The notes under the pieces are model-generated. The model worked only from the letters and a program-made list of their open reading frames with translations, was not told the origin of the DNA and did not search any database. A stretch of 64,000 nucleotides of DNA from Antedon mediterranea (lineage: Eukaryota > Animalia > Echinodermata), in assembly GCF_964355755.1 (NCBI RefSeq), contig NC_092670.1, forward strand, positions 39,544,388 through 39,608,387. The letters are read 5' to 3'. Shown in pieces: positions 1 through 20,870 of this stretch. How positions within the stretch are numbered: position 1 is the first letter of the stretch; each line of letters starts with the position of its first letter. The translations under genes and the position numbers were made by a program.

Positions 1-843
1 CATAAAAAATGTAAGCTTTGTTTGAATGAAGGTTAGCTAAGTTTAAGTTGAGGCCAACATTTCCTTCTGACTAAAAAACAACAATTGGGCAGTTATAATA
101 GTACAGGTTAATTGAGGTTTTTTAAGTTCAAGTAACAGTATGATCATCCATCCATAAAATCTCAGCTTACATAGTAAGTGTACCTTAATTGAGAAACCTC
201 TTTCTCAATAGTTTAACAAAATATTTCCACACAATACCCATCTTCCTCTTGGCACTGCTCAGGAGCCCCCATAAGCTCCGGGCCCCTGGGTTTAACCAGT
301 GAGCGCTCATAGCCATTATGCCGCTGGTCTCCCGTAAAGGCTATCCAAAAATCTGTATGGACAGATTCAGAAAGTGTTTTTATTGCTAACATAAAATTTT
401 GTCCAAATATTCAATAAAACGACTGACATTGATAAGTAGTATCCCTCTATTATAAGTCTAAAAAGCTGATAAATACTATCAATATCAAGTTGATTACCTC
501 TTATCATGTATGGTAGCTACTAGACCATGTAAATGACAATTTTATCTTGTCTAGGTGCATTATTGTACCAATACATGATAAACGTTAGCCAATCAGAACA
601 GAGCTGAGGTCGTGTAAGCCACAGGCATAGATGGTTAAACTCCATTATACTTTTGAACAGAACTCTGATATGTTATTTTATCAACAAGTAACATGTCAGT
701 CATGTTGATGTTTAGCATTAATGTATGTTTGATATCAATAATTGACACGTTTATGACCACACGACAGGTGTCAATCATGCCGCCTAAAATGTTATTTTTA
801 ACACTGTTGGTTGTGTGTCAAATTTGAGTAGCAGCCAAATAAT

Positions 844-984
844 AAGCTCTGTCTACACTATCAAACTAGTTTGACATAAAAGTGTGATGTGCCCATATAT
901 GGTAGTGATATAACATCATCATTCCCGTATATGGGCACATCACATTTTTTTGTCACATAAAGTTTGATAGTGTAGACAAGGCTT
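844..984. mobile_element. Palindromic MITE family 1 (TIR AAGCTCTGTCTACACTATCAAACT)
   Basis: Long terminal inverted repeats, ~14 copies in the window, several flanked by TA. Confidence 0.9.
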
Positions 985-1116
985 TCTCTTACTTGCCACT
1001 CCAGAAAAGGAGCATGTAAAAGCGTAACAAAAACCAAAAATTCCTGTTAGTTTTATACACAATATAATTCAACTTTCAATATAAGAATAATTATCATAAG
1101 ATGTGTTTTGTTTTAG

Positions 1117-4100
1117 TTGCAAGCTCCGGGAGGTGTTCAAATTTACAAGATTGGCTTCACAGCAATGCATTTCTTATCTACTGTAGCCAAGCCTTATCTT
1201 CATGGGTATGTTGTTGTTAGTGATAAATTTATATAGATACAAAAACACTTGTTATACAAAATGTGTAATGCAGATTCAGTGAGCACCACAACTGCAACAG
1301 AGCAATGCTTACCAAGATTATCCTGCAAGACGACTATAATAATCCCTAGAACATTTTTCTAATTAAATTTAATTAATTTATTATGTATCATTTATTCATA
1401 TTTTTATGTAATCTTCGGCCAGCCTCATTAGATTCACTCACTCCATGGTTCTGGTGGTAGAACGAGTCTTCTCGGATAAGGACTATAAACCGTAGGTCCA
1501 GTGTACACAACTTGCTTGTGTGCACTTTAAAGAACCTAGTACATCTTTCGAGACGAGTAGGGGGTTACCCCGGTGTATTAGTACATCACAGCCACTGATC
1601 ACCAACTGGGCCCTCTGGGAGACCAGTCTTTGACTGAAGAGGTCACCCAGTATAAATATATATTTCAATCAATATTCTTGTTTAAACAGCGCATAGAGAC
1701 TATTTATATTTTGCGCTATACAAATTTAAAACCATTAATCAATCTTTTTCCAATACAAGTATTTTACTCTCATTTATTTTATTTTATTTTATTTAGTATT
1801 AAAAACTTATAGAACAATTCTGAAAGTATTATATAAACAGCTATATTAAGGCTTATCTTTTAGTTATTGAGAATTTAACACACATCTTCTATGTTAACCA
1901 ATATTTAAACTATGTAAGATTAAATTGGATTTTTTTTTTAGGGAGATCGGATGTGGTCTTTTGGAGTTGCGCTCTACTTAGTACAGTTTGAAGACGGCCT
2001 ACTACGGCTTACCTCAATATTTGGCTTGGCTCGTACAATTTCTGTTTTATTATTTGGTGCTATTGTTGGCGAATGGGTCGACCGGACGCCACGACTTCGA
2101 GGTTTGATTTTGTTCTATAATAATAGTTGCAGCGCAGTAATTGAAGTATATTGAAATTAAATTTGAAGTGCTAACTGAAATTAAATCTATCACTATTGGC
2201 TGATTTGCATCCATATTTAATTTCAAAACATCCTAATATTGTTCAGAAATGTCTAATTTATAATTTGTGTCACAAATTAATTACCATTATAATTAATTGA
2301 AGTGTATAAGTGTATTTATCCTATGATAGGAAACATATGAAATGTGTGGAAGTATAGAATAAAGCTTTAATATCCATAAATCAACTTTGAAAAAAAACCC
2401 ATTTTTGATGATTCATTAGGATTAGTTCACACGGTTCTTAGTGATTCGCTATCATCCTGTTTATTTTTTTCCAAATTGAAAGATGAGTTAAGCTTTGTCC
2501 ACACTATCAAACTTTGTGTGGCAACAAAATGTGCCCATATATGGACATAATGATGTCATATCACTACCATATTCTGGCACACTTTTAGAATTGGGTAAAA
2601 ATATGCATTTTGGTTATCAATACTGTGCATTTGTAATGGTTACCAATTTAAGAAATAAACAACAATATTATTGATTTTATTCATGCAAGCAAGTTTCATA
2701 AACCTAATATTTTTCCTAGGTATACAAAATGCATCACTTGTATTCATAAAATGGTATTTTCTTAATACAGAATGAAGGATGAATTTATTTAATAATTTTT
2801 GTCAACTAAAATATGATCAATTATTGTTTTCTTTAGCTACAAGGATGTCGCTTATCATCCAGAACTCTTCCGTCATGATATGCGCCCTCTTTCTGCTCTT
2901 CTTCCTTTTATTTGAAAGCTGGCTAAAGGACCAGTTAGGTGGCGCTCTTGCCATTATAACTCTCGGGGTCATTATTGTTATCGGTTGCATTGCGGACATT
3001 GCAAGTGTAGCGCTGAAAATTTGTATTCAGAAAGATTGGGTTGTTGTAATTGCTGGCGGTGACGGAGCTAGACTTGCAGGTACTGTTGTTTTCTAGCAGA
3101 TTCTTAATACTGTATCTCAATTTGCCCAGTACCGTGATACAACACCTGTATCATAGACTCTAACCTTCCATGAAAAAGGCAGCACATGTGATACATACAG
3201 TATGATGTATTATGGCATTTTGCCTATGATACTGTTATGTTGAGATACAGCGCTGAGCTGAGAATAGGATGTCTCAACATGTATTCTACTCTGCTCTCAA
3301 ATATTTGTAGCTCAGCATTTAAACATAGCTTCACCTAATTTCAAAATGAATTTCCTCTTGGAAATATAAAATGAAAAAAACTATGAATTACTGTAAAGCT
3401 CTGTCTAGATCATCAAACTTTATGTGACAAAAAAAGTGGTGTGCACATCACAAGTTTGTGATAGTGTAGAGCTTTAGAATGATATCTTAAGTTCACAAAA
3501 TGTTACAAATATTCTCACCTGATTTCTGTAGCTGCTTTGTGTTGGAAGTGTACTCTTTGTAACTTTTGTTTCGTTAACTCAACAGAAATCAACTCGGTAA
3601 TCCGCCGTATCGATCTTCTTGCCAACATCTTAGCGCCAATCCTGGTTGGTTGCATAATGACTTCACTTTCATTAGAAATTGCCGCCATGTTTCTTGCTGG
3701 CTGGAATTTGGTGTCCATGTTTGTGGAATATTTTCAACTGCATAGGGTGTACAAAGCTGTACCTCAACTTGCTGTGAAACAAGTTAAGACAAATCAAGGT
3801 ATGACAAATCAAGGTATTTGCATAACATCTGAATAATGAACATATTCATTATTAAAAGTACCTGGAAATCACATCCCATTCCAACTTACACAGACGAGTG
3901 GTAACAGTAATAAAAATATAGAATCTATGTTATTCCTTATGAATTTACATTTACACAAAACCACTTGGGTAGGATACAGATTCTACGTGGGACAACCTAT
4001 GCGGTTTCCCGCTTACCGTTACCACTTGTCTGTGTAAATTGGCCTTTAAACAGATTAAAGAAAGATAAATTGATGAAGAATTATTATAGAACTTTATTAT

Positions 4101-5438
4101 TTTATTACTGTAGGTGATTACAATCCAATTAATTGTGTAGAGAATAGTGACCTACCTCCAGGGAATTCAGGCAACGTAAGCCGACAGAGAAGTGAAGAGC
4201 AGAAGCCGTTCTTGTGGCGTATAACACAGTGGTTCACCTCCACGTATCAAGGCTTCAAAACATACAACTCGTATCAAGTGGCGTGGGCCGGAATCAGTCT
4301 CTCGTTCCTCTACATGACCGTTCTTGGATTTGACGCCGTTTCTAGCGGTTACGGGTACAGTCAAGGTCTATCAGGAACAGTATTAGGCGTATTCATGGGT
4401 CTGGGATCAGTGATGGGCGTTTTGGGAACCATTGTTTATCCTATTGTACAAAAAAGGCTTGGCGTGGTACGAACTGGTATATATGCTAATGCAGAGCAAG
4501 TTTTATGTCTTATGTTATGTGTTGCATCTATTTATGCACCCGGGTCATCGTTTGATCTCGGTTATAGACGTCGCCCTCCTGTACCGACGGACGAGCCCAT
4601 GTATTACACAGATCCATACAATAACATTACTTCTAGCAACATGCTAGAAAGTGATTACAATCAACATTCCTATTGGTCAGTTGGTTTGCTATTTGCTGGA
4701 ATGATTTTGTCAAGAACAGGTTAGTGGCAAATATTCAACCTTTAACCTTTACCACACACACACACACATTGGGTTGTTGTCATAGGTTCCCCAAGAAAAC
4801 CGCAAAATATATATAAAGTTAGTTAATTAGTATTTATTAGTAAAACAAAAATAAAACCTACTTAATAGACTTCAAGCAAGTTGGTTATTCTGTTCACATT
4901 GTTGTATTCTTTCAGTAGAGTCACCAGCAAGTATTTTTGTTATTATAGGGACTGTATAACACGCTATGTGTGCAAAAACGTTTCTCCTCTTCTTTTATTA
5001 AACCAAATCACTTCTAGAACTAGGTCTGCTCTCTACTTAACTATGTACTCTATTTTGTTTAAAATTTTTTTTTTAGGTCTGTGGATGTTTGACCTTACAG
5101 TGACACAGCTCTTGCAAGAAAATGTTGCAGAGAGTGAACGTGGCGTTGTTGGCGGCATTCAAAACTCGCTCAACTGTTTCATGGACATGTTACATTTTGT
5201 TGTAGTAATCATAGCACCTCAACCAGAATCATTCGGTGTGCTTATTTTCATATCTGTTATGTTTGTAACCATGGCAGGTATTTTGTACTCCGCATATGTC
5301 TATAGGGTCAGAGGTCATTTATTCCACCCAGAAAAACTTATTCCCTGTAAAAATATGGTACAAAGCGACTTAAGAACGGATAAAACAAGTAACGGTTATA
5401 GCGATGCTAATAAGAGGTCTAATGGTGAACCTGTATGA
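1117..5438 (+). CDS. SLC40A1: Ferroportin (SLC40A1) iron exporter. Exons ~1117-1205, 1942-2101, 2837-3079, 3586-3798, 4114-4719, 5077-5438; ATG-bearing first exon not identified
   Basis: The spliced frame gives ferroportin motifs ALSSWGDRMW, GEWVDRTPRL, IQKDWVVVIAG, IRRIDLLANILAP, FLYMTVLGFD, GLWMFDLTVTQLLQENVAESERGVVGGIQNSLN and DMLHF. All introns are GT-AG with compatible phases. Confidence 0.95.
1437..1660 (+). mobile_element. SINE with Deu/Nin-like central domain, 5' truncated; fragments also at ~28120-28205 and ~38945-39127
   Basis: TAAACCGTAGGTCC...TTAAAGAACC...GAGTAGGGGGTTACCCCGGTGT resembles the DeuSINE domain as I recall it; four copies in the window. Confidence 0.7.
2490..2583. mobile_element. 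MITE family 1, partial
   Basis: One TIR and internal GTGCCCATATATGG motifs. Confidence 0.75.
3396..3474. mobile_element. MITE family 1, internally deleted
   Basis: Both TIRs, TA flanks. Confidence 0.8.
3880..4047. mobile_element. MITE with TIR ...TTACACAGACGAGTGGTAAC / GTTACCACTTGTCTGTGTAAATTGGCCT; a second end fragment at 58461-58490
   Basis: Imperfect terminal inverted repeat and a second copy of one end elsewhere. Confidence 0.65.
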
Positions 5439-6581
5439 GAGTAATTTGCTGCACTTTTGTTTTTTAGAATTTATATCGTGCTGCAAGAAGTGCCAAAACA
5501 TTGTTTTAAATAGCTTTAATTTTGGAATCACTTTAAATGTCACGTAACACTTTCTTAAATCTGATGCACGAGTTTAACCAGAGTCACAAGTACATTACAT
5601 AAAGAAAGCGCTATAACGAAAAGAGTCACAATTCAAGGCATCTCGGTGGATATTAGTGAAATAAAAGTATGTTATAACTGTAAATATCTGTAAAATATTA
5701 GAGAAAGAACGTGAAAAACAATAGAATCTCGAAATCAAAACACTTTGAGAGTGAAAAATAATAATTCAAAGGAATAAATCAGGTATTTATGTCACATTAA
5801 GTGCCTAGATCTACCAATTTATAGGTTACATACTGTATTTATAATTATTTCCAATTTGTATGATCATGAAGGAAAAAATCAATATATTTATAAAAATTAA
5901 AATGAATTGTTTATTTTTTCTTTGTGGCATGATAAACATTTTGTATAATCTTGTTTTGTTACTAATGAAGCCATTTCACTGAATAGCATAATGTAATATA
6001 ATGTTATAATATATAGCAACAATATATTTTTTGTAAGTCATATTGTAAAAATGTGCGTTTAGTGTTAGTTTTAGTATACTTGATCAGTGTGTATCACATT
6101 TACCTTGGGCCTGCAATAGCTTATCAAGATATTGAGCTGTAAATCTTCATTTTATCAACATAGTCATTTCTGCAATTTCATTTTTGTAAATTTGTTTATT
6201 TTTTTTAATTATTATTTCATACTCGTATATTAATACAAAAAAAAAAAATTTTAAGGGAAAAAAAAAAAAAATAAAAAAAAAAATTTGTGTTTATTGATAT
6301 CGTGAATGTGTAGTGCTGTATTATCATTTGGTCTGTAAGTATATATTTTATATTTAGGAGGAAAAATTTAGTTAGGTGTTAATGTAAGTATTATTGTATT
6401 ATGACAAATAAATGTTTAAATGCACTGCATTGCTTCTATGAAATGTTTGTTTGCTTGATGATGAGAAACACAATGAAAACATTGTTTTATTAAGTTATTT
6501 GTTTTTATTAGAAAAATAAAATGTGCTAAAATTACGATAAGTATGATACACATAAGCTTATTGAATCAATGACTGTCCCTT

Positions 6582-6699
6582 AAGCTTACTCTACACTATC
6601 AAAAGTGTGATACGTATGGTAGCGATATGCTTAAATTCTATAGTGATATGCACATCACATTTTGTTGTCACGTAAAGTTTGATAGTGTAGACAGAGCTT
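6582..6699. mobile_element. MITE family 1
   Basis: TIRs CTACACTATCAAA / TTTGATAGTGTAGACAGAGCTT. Confidence 0.85.
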
Positions 6700-6860
6700 A
6701 AAGCATCTTTCACACCACCTCCGGTCCGGATCCAGTAAATAAAATTGCATCTAAATTTTTCACTTTCAAATCGCTCGATATGCGAAATCAAAAATTCGCT
6801 GATGGATGGTGATCTGATGGAAACCTGAACTGGAGCGGAGCAGGTGTGAAAGACCCTTTA
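6700..6860. mobile_element. MITE, PIF/Harbinger-like (TCTTTCACACC...GGTGTGAAAGA)
   Basis: Inverted termini extending to TCCGGTCCGGATCC / GAACTGGAGCGGA; the superfamily is a guess. Confidence 0.6.
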
Positions 6861-6863
6861 CTC

Positions 6864-7237
6864 TAAAGGTGCCCTTAAGTAGACATGGAACTCAACTCAA
6901 CTGTTGACATAACCTTAATAGTTTCTTTCAATTGCCCATGTTTAATTTTTTTTCATAACTGAAAACTTTGAATCAAGTAACGTGTGCAGTATGGGTAACC
7001 GCGACCATTAGGGATGAGATTTTACCATAAAAGTTCTTGCGCATACTGTTTCCTATAAAACTACAAATCGTGTTGTGCACTTAAGGTAAGCATGACTAGT
7101 TACAATCATTTCCAGTGTTGACATAAGCACTCGCACACTGGTTCCTTTCCGTTGCTCAGAATGTCGAACATTAGTGCTTTCGAGCAACTAGTTCCTTTCA
7201 GTTGAGTTGAGTTCCGTGTCGACATAAGGGGCCTTTA
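6864..7237. mobile_element. MITE with TIR GACATGGAACTCAACTCAACTG / CAGTTGAGTTGAGTTCCGTGTC
   Basis: ~35-bp terminal inverted repeat, TA at both ends. Confidence 0.75.
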
Positions 7238-7366
7238 TGTAACATAGATTTGAACTCAAAGCAATGAGAAATAAATAATGTTAATTGATATTTTACAATA
7301 GTTATAGGAAAGTTAACATTGTGAGAAAAAACTAATTAGTATAAGTCACAAAAACAACAGTGGCTG

Positions 7367-15086
<7,720 letters not shown>

Positions 15087-15996
15087 CTATGCTCATAATT
15101 TGTTATTTTAAACAGTTAATTACAATCTTCCAACTTCTATTGCCAGGCCTAAACTTGCATTCCGCGAAGGTAAAAATTTCCTACAACTATGGAACGTCAA
15201 ACGTGCAATATAACAGTGTTTATAGATAAATTTTTTTTTTTATCACAATATAAAATGTTTATTGTTCATTTTTAAAATACACCATTAGTGAATAACATGC
15301 ATACACCAATTTTGAAAGATATTTAGGCCTATATGTATTTCATGTATATTGTTATCTATACCCCATATTGGTATATATGGTATATTTGAATAAATTGAAA
15401 AATTAAAATATCAGGTTAAAAAGCTAAAAATGACAGCAAACAGTCAAAAACCTTTGGTACTTGTAACAGTTAATTCCTCAACAATTAAAACTAGAAGACT
15501 CAATTAATTGTGCGATATATAAATGGTTAGCACCAGGCCAACCAGTTGCAACAATTTATCCCTTTGTTAGAAAAAACAAAAATGTTATCTTTAAAATATA
15601 ATTAAACCTCTAATGATAAACAATATCAATGTATAAAAATTAATATAATATTACTCTCCCAAAACCAGACACTGTCAAGCTGGCCCACTGACAATTCTTA
15701 TTGGCGGAGAGCCTCTAGCAGCCTGATAATCTATGGTTGTATTCACCATTAACACTTAGTCTACTAGGGAAACACCCGTAACAATTTAAAATTCCCTTAA
15801 ATTAAATATTCATGCAAATGTTAAATACCACCACTGTTGTATTTTTATTTCTATATAATTTATATGTAGTACTGTTTATAGTAATGTATTGTAATTAAAT
15901 AATATTTTATATATAATTAAATGATAAACAAGATAGATAAAATGAGGCTCTTGACTGGTCCACAGCAAGCACAGAGATTATAATGGGTTTACTTCA

Positions 15997-18900
15997 CTAT
16001 ACTTCAGCAACAACAACTTTAGTTGCAAAGGCTAAAGCAATGGCTAAGATAGCACCAACCACCGTTGCATAGTTTAGAGCCATTCCAAAAATCTGTCGGG
16101 GGAAAAAAAAACAATGCAAATTAGTAAAAATTTGCTAAAACCATGGGGCCCTCGGCCTGTACGTTACGCCACTGCCCGTCTACCAAACTTAGTTCCGCCT
16201 CCGATACTGCGATAAAGTACATACCGTAAACGACAATGGAGCCTTCATAATGAAGCTGATTAATGGCATTCTCTCTTCAGTGGGAACAATACTCTGAAAT
16301 GGTAAATACAAAATGATTATTATCTATTGTGCTAAAGTGCAATCATAAAACATAAATACAATTATAGCAGCAGGGACAAGATATTTCAAACTATATGCTT
16401 ATTTAATTTATAGACTTATAAGCATATGCTTACACTAGAACAAATTCATCAGAGTTTTGGAAAAGCAAAAGATATTTTTCAGTGTAAAGCTCTGTCTACA
16501 CTATCAAACTTTATGTGGCAAAAAAATATAATGTGCCTATATCACTACCATATTTGGGCACATCACACTTTTTTTGTCAAACAAGTTTGATAGTGTAGAC
16601 AGTGCTTTACATCAAACCAGTTACCTTGGCAACTCTTTGACCTTCTCCATTGACCTCTGTGGGAGCTGAGCACAAGAGTGGAAGACAAAACAATGGTATG
16701 AAGAAGATGACCATGTCTGAGACGGTAGCGTTATGGTCAATCCAGTAGATCAAGTAGAATACACTCCACGATATCAAGAGAACAATCCAAGTGGCTAACC
16801 AACGTTGGAGGTACATAGATGTTGTACGAAGGCGACACTGCAAAGGATAGAACAAATTACTGTATATAGTCCATGGGATTTAGCTAACAAATGACATATT
16901 TTCAATACTAATTGCAAGAAATGTTTTTTTACATGAAATAGGTTCTTTGGACTATACAGAACAGAACTATCAACGTTAGGACGTGTTTGGACATTGGGAA
17001 GTATGTAGCTTACAGACTTGCAACAAAACATATAATGCATAATTTATGCTAAGTCCTAAAGCTCTGTCTAAACTATCAAACTTTATGTGACAAAAAAATG
17101 TGATGTGCCCATATATGGACATGATGATGTAATATCACTACCATATTTGAACACATCACTACCATATTTTGGCACATCACAGCTTTTTTTTTTTTCAAAC
17201 TAGTTTGATAGTGTAGACAGAGCTTTAGTTGTTGCAGATCCAAAGCTTTTTATTATAAAACATAGGATTTCAAATTTTCATATTATTTCTTGGGCTAACC
17301 TGTAATTTCCAATATTTGTTCAGTATTTCTTCATTTGTCAGCATCTCCATGTGTATTTCTGCTAAATCAAAATCTACTTCATCTGTTCCTTCTCTATCGA
17401 TACTTTTCTCTATGCTCTCTGTTGTTGACTGTAAACACAACAGTATTTTAACATTTTAATAGTATTTTTCTTTGTAGTTTTATTGTCTTAATTATGCCAA
17501 GCAAAACAAATTTCCATTTTAAAGTGGACCAATAAAATCTCTTGAATTTTGTTAGTAATCTCTACTGTTTTGCTGTCATTTTCATTTTTATCTTTTTAAC
17601 AAATTTTATTTATCTTTATAATGTTATTTAAATTATTATGGTTTATTCAGAACAATTGTCATCGTGGCCCAAAGGCCAAATTGTGAACAATTTTACAATT
17701 AAATACATGGTTAAAAACAGATACATTAAAAAACCACCAGAAATAAAGTAGAAAAGCACATTAATATAAAAATATATAAACATATACAGAAAGTACACAA
17801 AAATTTCATTATTTACATTATGTATGCTTACATTTGATTGGTTGATTTTGTATCACATGCAATTATTCACTGCTCTACCTAATGGTTCTATTGAATGGTT
17901 CTATTGAATGGTTCTACATAATGGTTCTATTGAATGGTTCTATCTAATGGTTCTATTGAATGGTTCTATTGAATGGTTCTATTGAATGGTTCTACCTAAT
18001 GGTTCTATTGAATGGTTCTATCTAATGGTTCTATTGAATGGTTCTACCTAATGGTTCTATTGAATGGTTCTATCTAATGGTTCTATTGAATGGTTCTATT
18101 GAATGGTTCTATTGAATGGTTCTATCTAATGGTTCTATTGAATGGTTCTATCTAATGGTTCTATCTAATGGTTCTATTGAATGGTTCTATTGAATGGTTT
18201 TACCTAATGGTTCTATTGAATGGTTCTATCTAATGGTTCTATTGAATGGTTCTATCTAATGGTTCTATTGAATGGTTCTATTGAACAAAAACCAAACATT
18301 TTAGGATTGCATTCAATTGATTACCAACCTGTATAGAATGGTTATTGCGATATTCTTGTAGATACTTGTACGGAGGTTGTGACACGTCACCGATCTTTTG
18401 AAGAAGACCGTACGATTCAAAGCTACGAGCTAAAAATGCCACTGATCTACGTCTTCTAGCTCTTTCATTATGATCCCATTCAACTGAAAAGAAAAGCTTG
18501 GCTTGAACTATGACCTTAATTTTAGCAAGATATGCTATTCACACTGAAAATGAAAGGCAATTGATATCGACTTGTCACTTTAATTATTTTGTTTTTACAT
18601 AGCGTTTTTTAGGAAATTTTAGCTTAAGTATGGTTATGACACGCCAAATTGGATTGGAAAAACAATTATTTACCTGAAAAAACTGCAATTTAAAATAAAG
18701 AAAAAAATAGTCAAATTGGCTACCAGCCAGTGGGTTTTTGGTTGAATTTAACTATTTATTTTGTCATTTTATAAGTGAAAATATTATTTTTTCTCGTTTT
18801 TTTTTCTACAGAAGTGATTAAATCTACAAATAACCTATTCAACGTCTGAATAATTAATCTTCATTTTTCAGGTTTTTGGGGGACAATACATCTTTAAAGC

Positions 18901-20250
18901 TGAATCACCATCTAAAACCTAAACATTATGTTGATATCTAACATAACTTGCCTTCTAGATCTTGAGTAGACTGTACAGTAACATTTCTTTTTCGTTTGTT
19001 GCAGTGGCCATTACTAGTCTCAAGGGTGTCTCTTTGATGTATGCTCCTGTCAATAGCCTTAGCATTGTCTGTTGCATCAATACTCATCTTCTTCTTTATC
19101 TGCTTCAGTTCATATGCCATCACATCCATGTCTAATTCCATCAGGAATCTACGAATACCTGGAAATTAACAAAAATACGTAATATGGTAAATTATACTAT
19201 TGCTTTTGGGAGTAGGCCTACACTTTTAAAATACCATTATGCTTTATTTAAAGGCTGGGCAATTAACAATTTGATAATTAAATTGAACAATATTTTTGTT
19301 CTATTTTAAGATGATCAAAGAATTAGCTTCAGATTCTTTTTGCCAAATGCACTAATTTTGGTTTTAAAAATAATAATGGCAGCTGGTATTTTTTGCAGTT
19401 TTTTCTCAAAATACCACAAATATGTGATTTTTATGCATTCAACCATGGACGTAAATTTTTATAACTGCATGATTCAAAACTAACATGTCTTGAAATTTGA
19501 AAATCCCCTTCTTGATTGTGCATTTTAAAGCATTAACCCTAGTAATATAGAGCGGTACTTTTTTGCAACCAAATTGAATAACTTACTGTGAGTATGTGTT
19601 CGACAGACAGACAAACAGACGATGCCAACAAGTAGATTCCACAACAGGCAGAATACCGATAGAGTCGCATGACTAGGGTACATAATATGGCAGATGATAA
19701 CAGGAGCCGAGACGTTTCGGCAATGACCAGTCTGGAAATTTATGAATAGTTGATAATCGTAAAGACCGATGAATACCAAACCTAACACCAGGATGAGAAT
19801 ACCGACGTTCACCTTGAATACAGTTTTAGAATGAAGGCGGACGCTACCGACAAGAACGTTACTCGTGAACAGTTTATAAGCGAGTTGGTTTGCATACAAA
19901 GCGACCGCACAATACGCATAGGCCATGGTCAAATTCACTGTCCCACTTAAGACATCAAATTTTGTATATAAACTTTTAACATCAGCGCAAGTATACCATG
20001 TATTCGAGACAGCATATATCAACGCGCTGGTTAGAGTCAACATGTACAGGAAAGTGGCAAACCATGGTTTGTCCTTTTCGTGAGTTTTGATTCCCAACGA
20101 TTTGAATATGATCCAACGGATCCACGGGGGCAAGGGTTTGGATTCGGAGACGTTATTCATGTGAATATCATAATATGAAACCGCCGCTTTATTCAGGACG
20201 GGGTCAGAATCTCCCTCATCATTGGTCAGTAGAGTAGGTCTACCATCCAT
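15997..20250 (-). CDS. ~510-aa seven-transmembrane protein, probably of the gustatory-receptor-like / 7TM ion channel (7TMIC) superfamily. Exons 20250-19587, 19158-18952, 18483-18329, 17428-17300, 16837-16625, 16293-16225, 16092-15997
   Basis: The exons splice into one open frame (one GC-AG intron needed). There are four hydrophobic segments, a ~150-aa polar loop, two more TMs, then PLSFTIFGMALNYATVVGAILAIALAFATKVV-stop. The gene model is solid; the family call is an inference from topology. Confidence 0.7.
16487..16607. mobile_element. MITE family 1
   Basis: Both TIRs, TA flanks. Confidence 0.9.
17059..17225. mobile_element. MITE family 1, full length
   Basis: TA-AAGCTCTGTCT...AGACAGAGCTT-TA; internal 21-bp subrepeat present twice. 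Confidence 0.92.
17881..18284. repeat. 13-bp minisatellite (AATGGTTCTATTG / AATGGTTCTAYCT), ~31 copies, intronic
   Basis: Directly visible tandem repeat. Confidence 0.97.
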
Positions 20251-20870
20251 CTTGTATTAATCTGAAAAAGAAATAAATATTATAACTAGGACAAAGAAAT
20301 AATTTCTCCTATCTATGTTTTATTCAAAAATGATTTTATAAAATTAATATGTAAGAAAACATTCAATTTCAGTGAGGCATGTTTTATTCAAGAAGACAAA
20401 CGTTAAAGCATTTTTGAAACATAAGGAAGTCATTTTAATATGATACTAAATAGGATAATATTCATCAGTAATTTCAGAATAAGTAACTAGCCTAGTTAGG
20501 CTGTATCTGCACTGCTGGCTGTCAGCAATCTGAGACTTTGTTTAGTTTGGTATAGTGTATAGGCCTAGTTCGTGTAGCTTATTATTAAGCCTAAGAAGAG
20601 GATAGTAAACACTGCCTTAATAATATCCTAAAAGACAAGGCATAATGGGCCTTATAGTCGGTTCCTTATATTATAGTGGATGGGGCCAAGGCCGAGGGGT
20701 CAGGGCCTCTCTCAGTCTCTAGAGTGTAGCCTAGCCCTAACTAGGCCTAGGCTAGGCCCATTAGCAAGTGGCGGTTTAGTATGATGAGTATAAAATAGCC
20801 TAGGCCTAGCTAGGCATAAATCTAACAAATTACACACTTCTCTCTCTAAACCCTAGCTAGGTCTACTTAC

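Noticed and set aside
6076-6100. IRE-like C-N5-CAGTGT downstream of ferroportin (also CAGTGA at ~297 and ~1277)
   Set aside because: The upper stems do not pair (TTGAT against GTATC). A real ferroportin IRE would be in the 5' UTR, which was not located.
6237-6283. Poly-A runs as a retrocopy tail
   Set aside because: No target-site duplication or recognisable upstream element; low-complexity AT-rich sequence.
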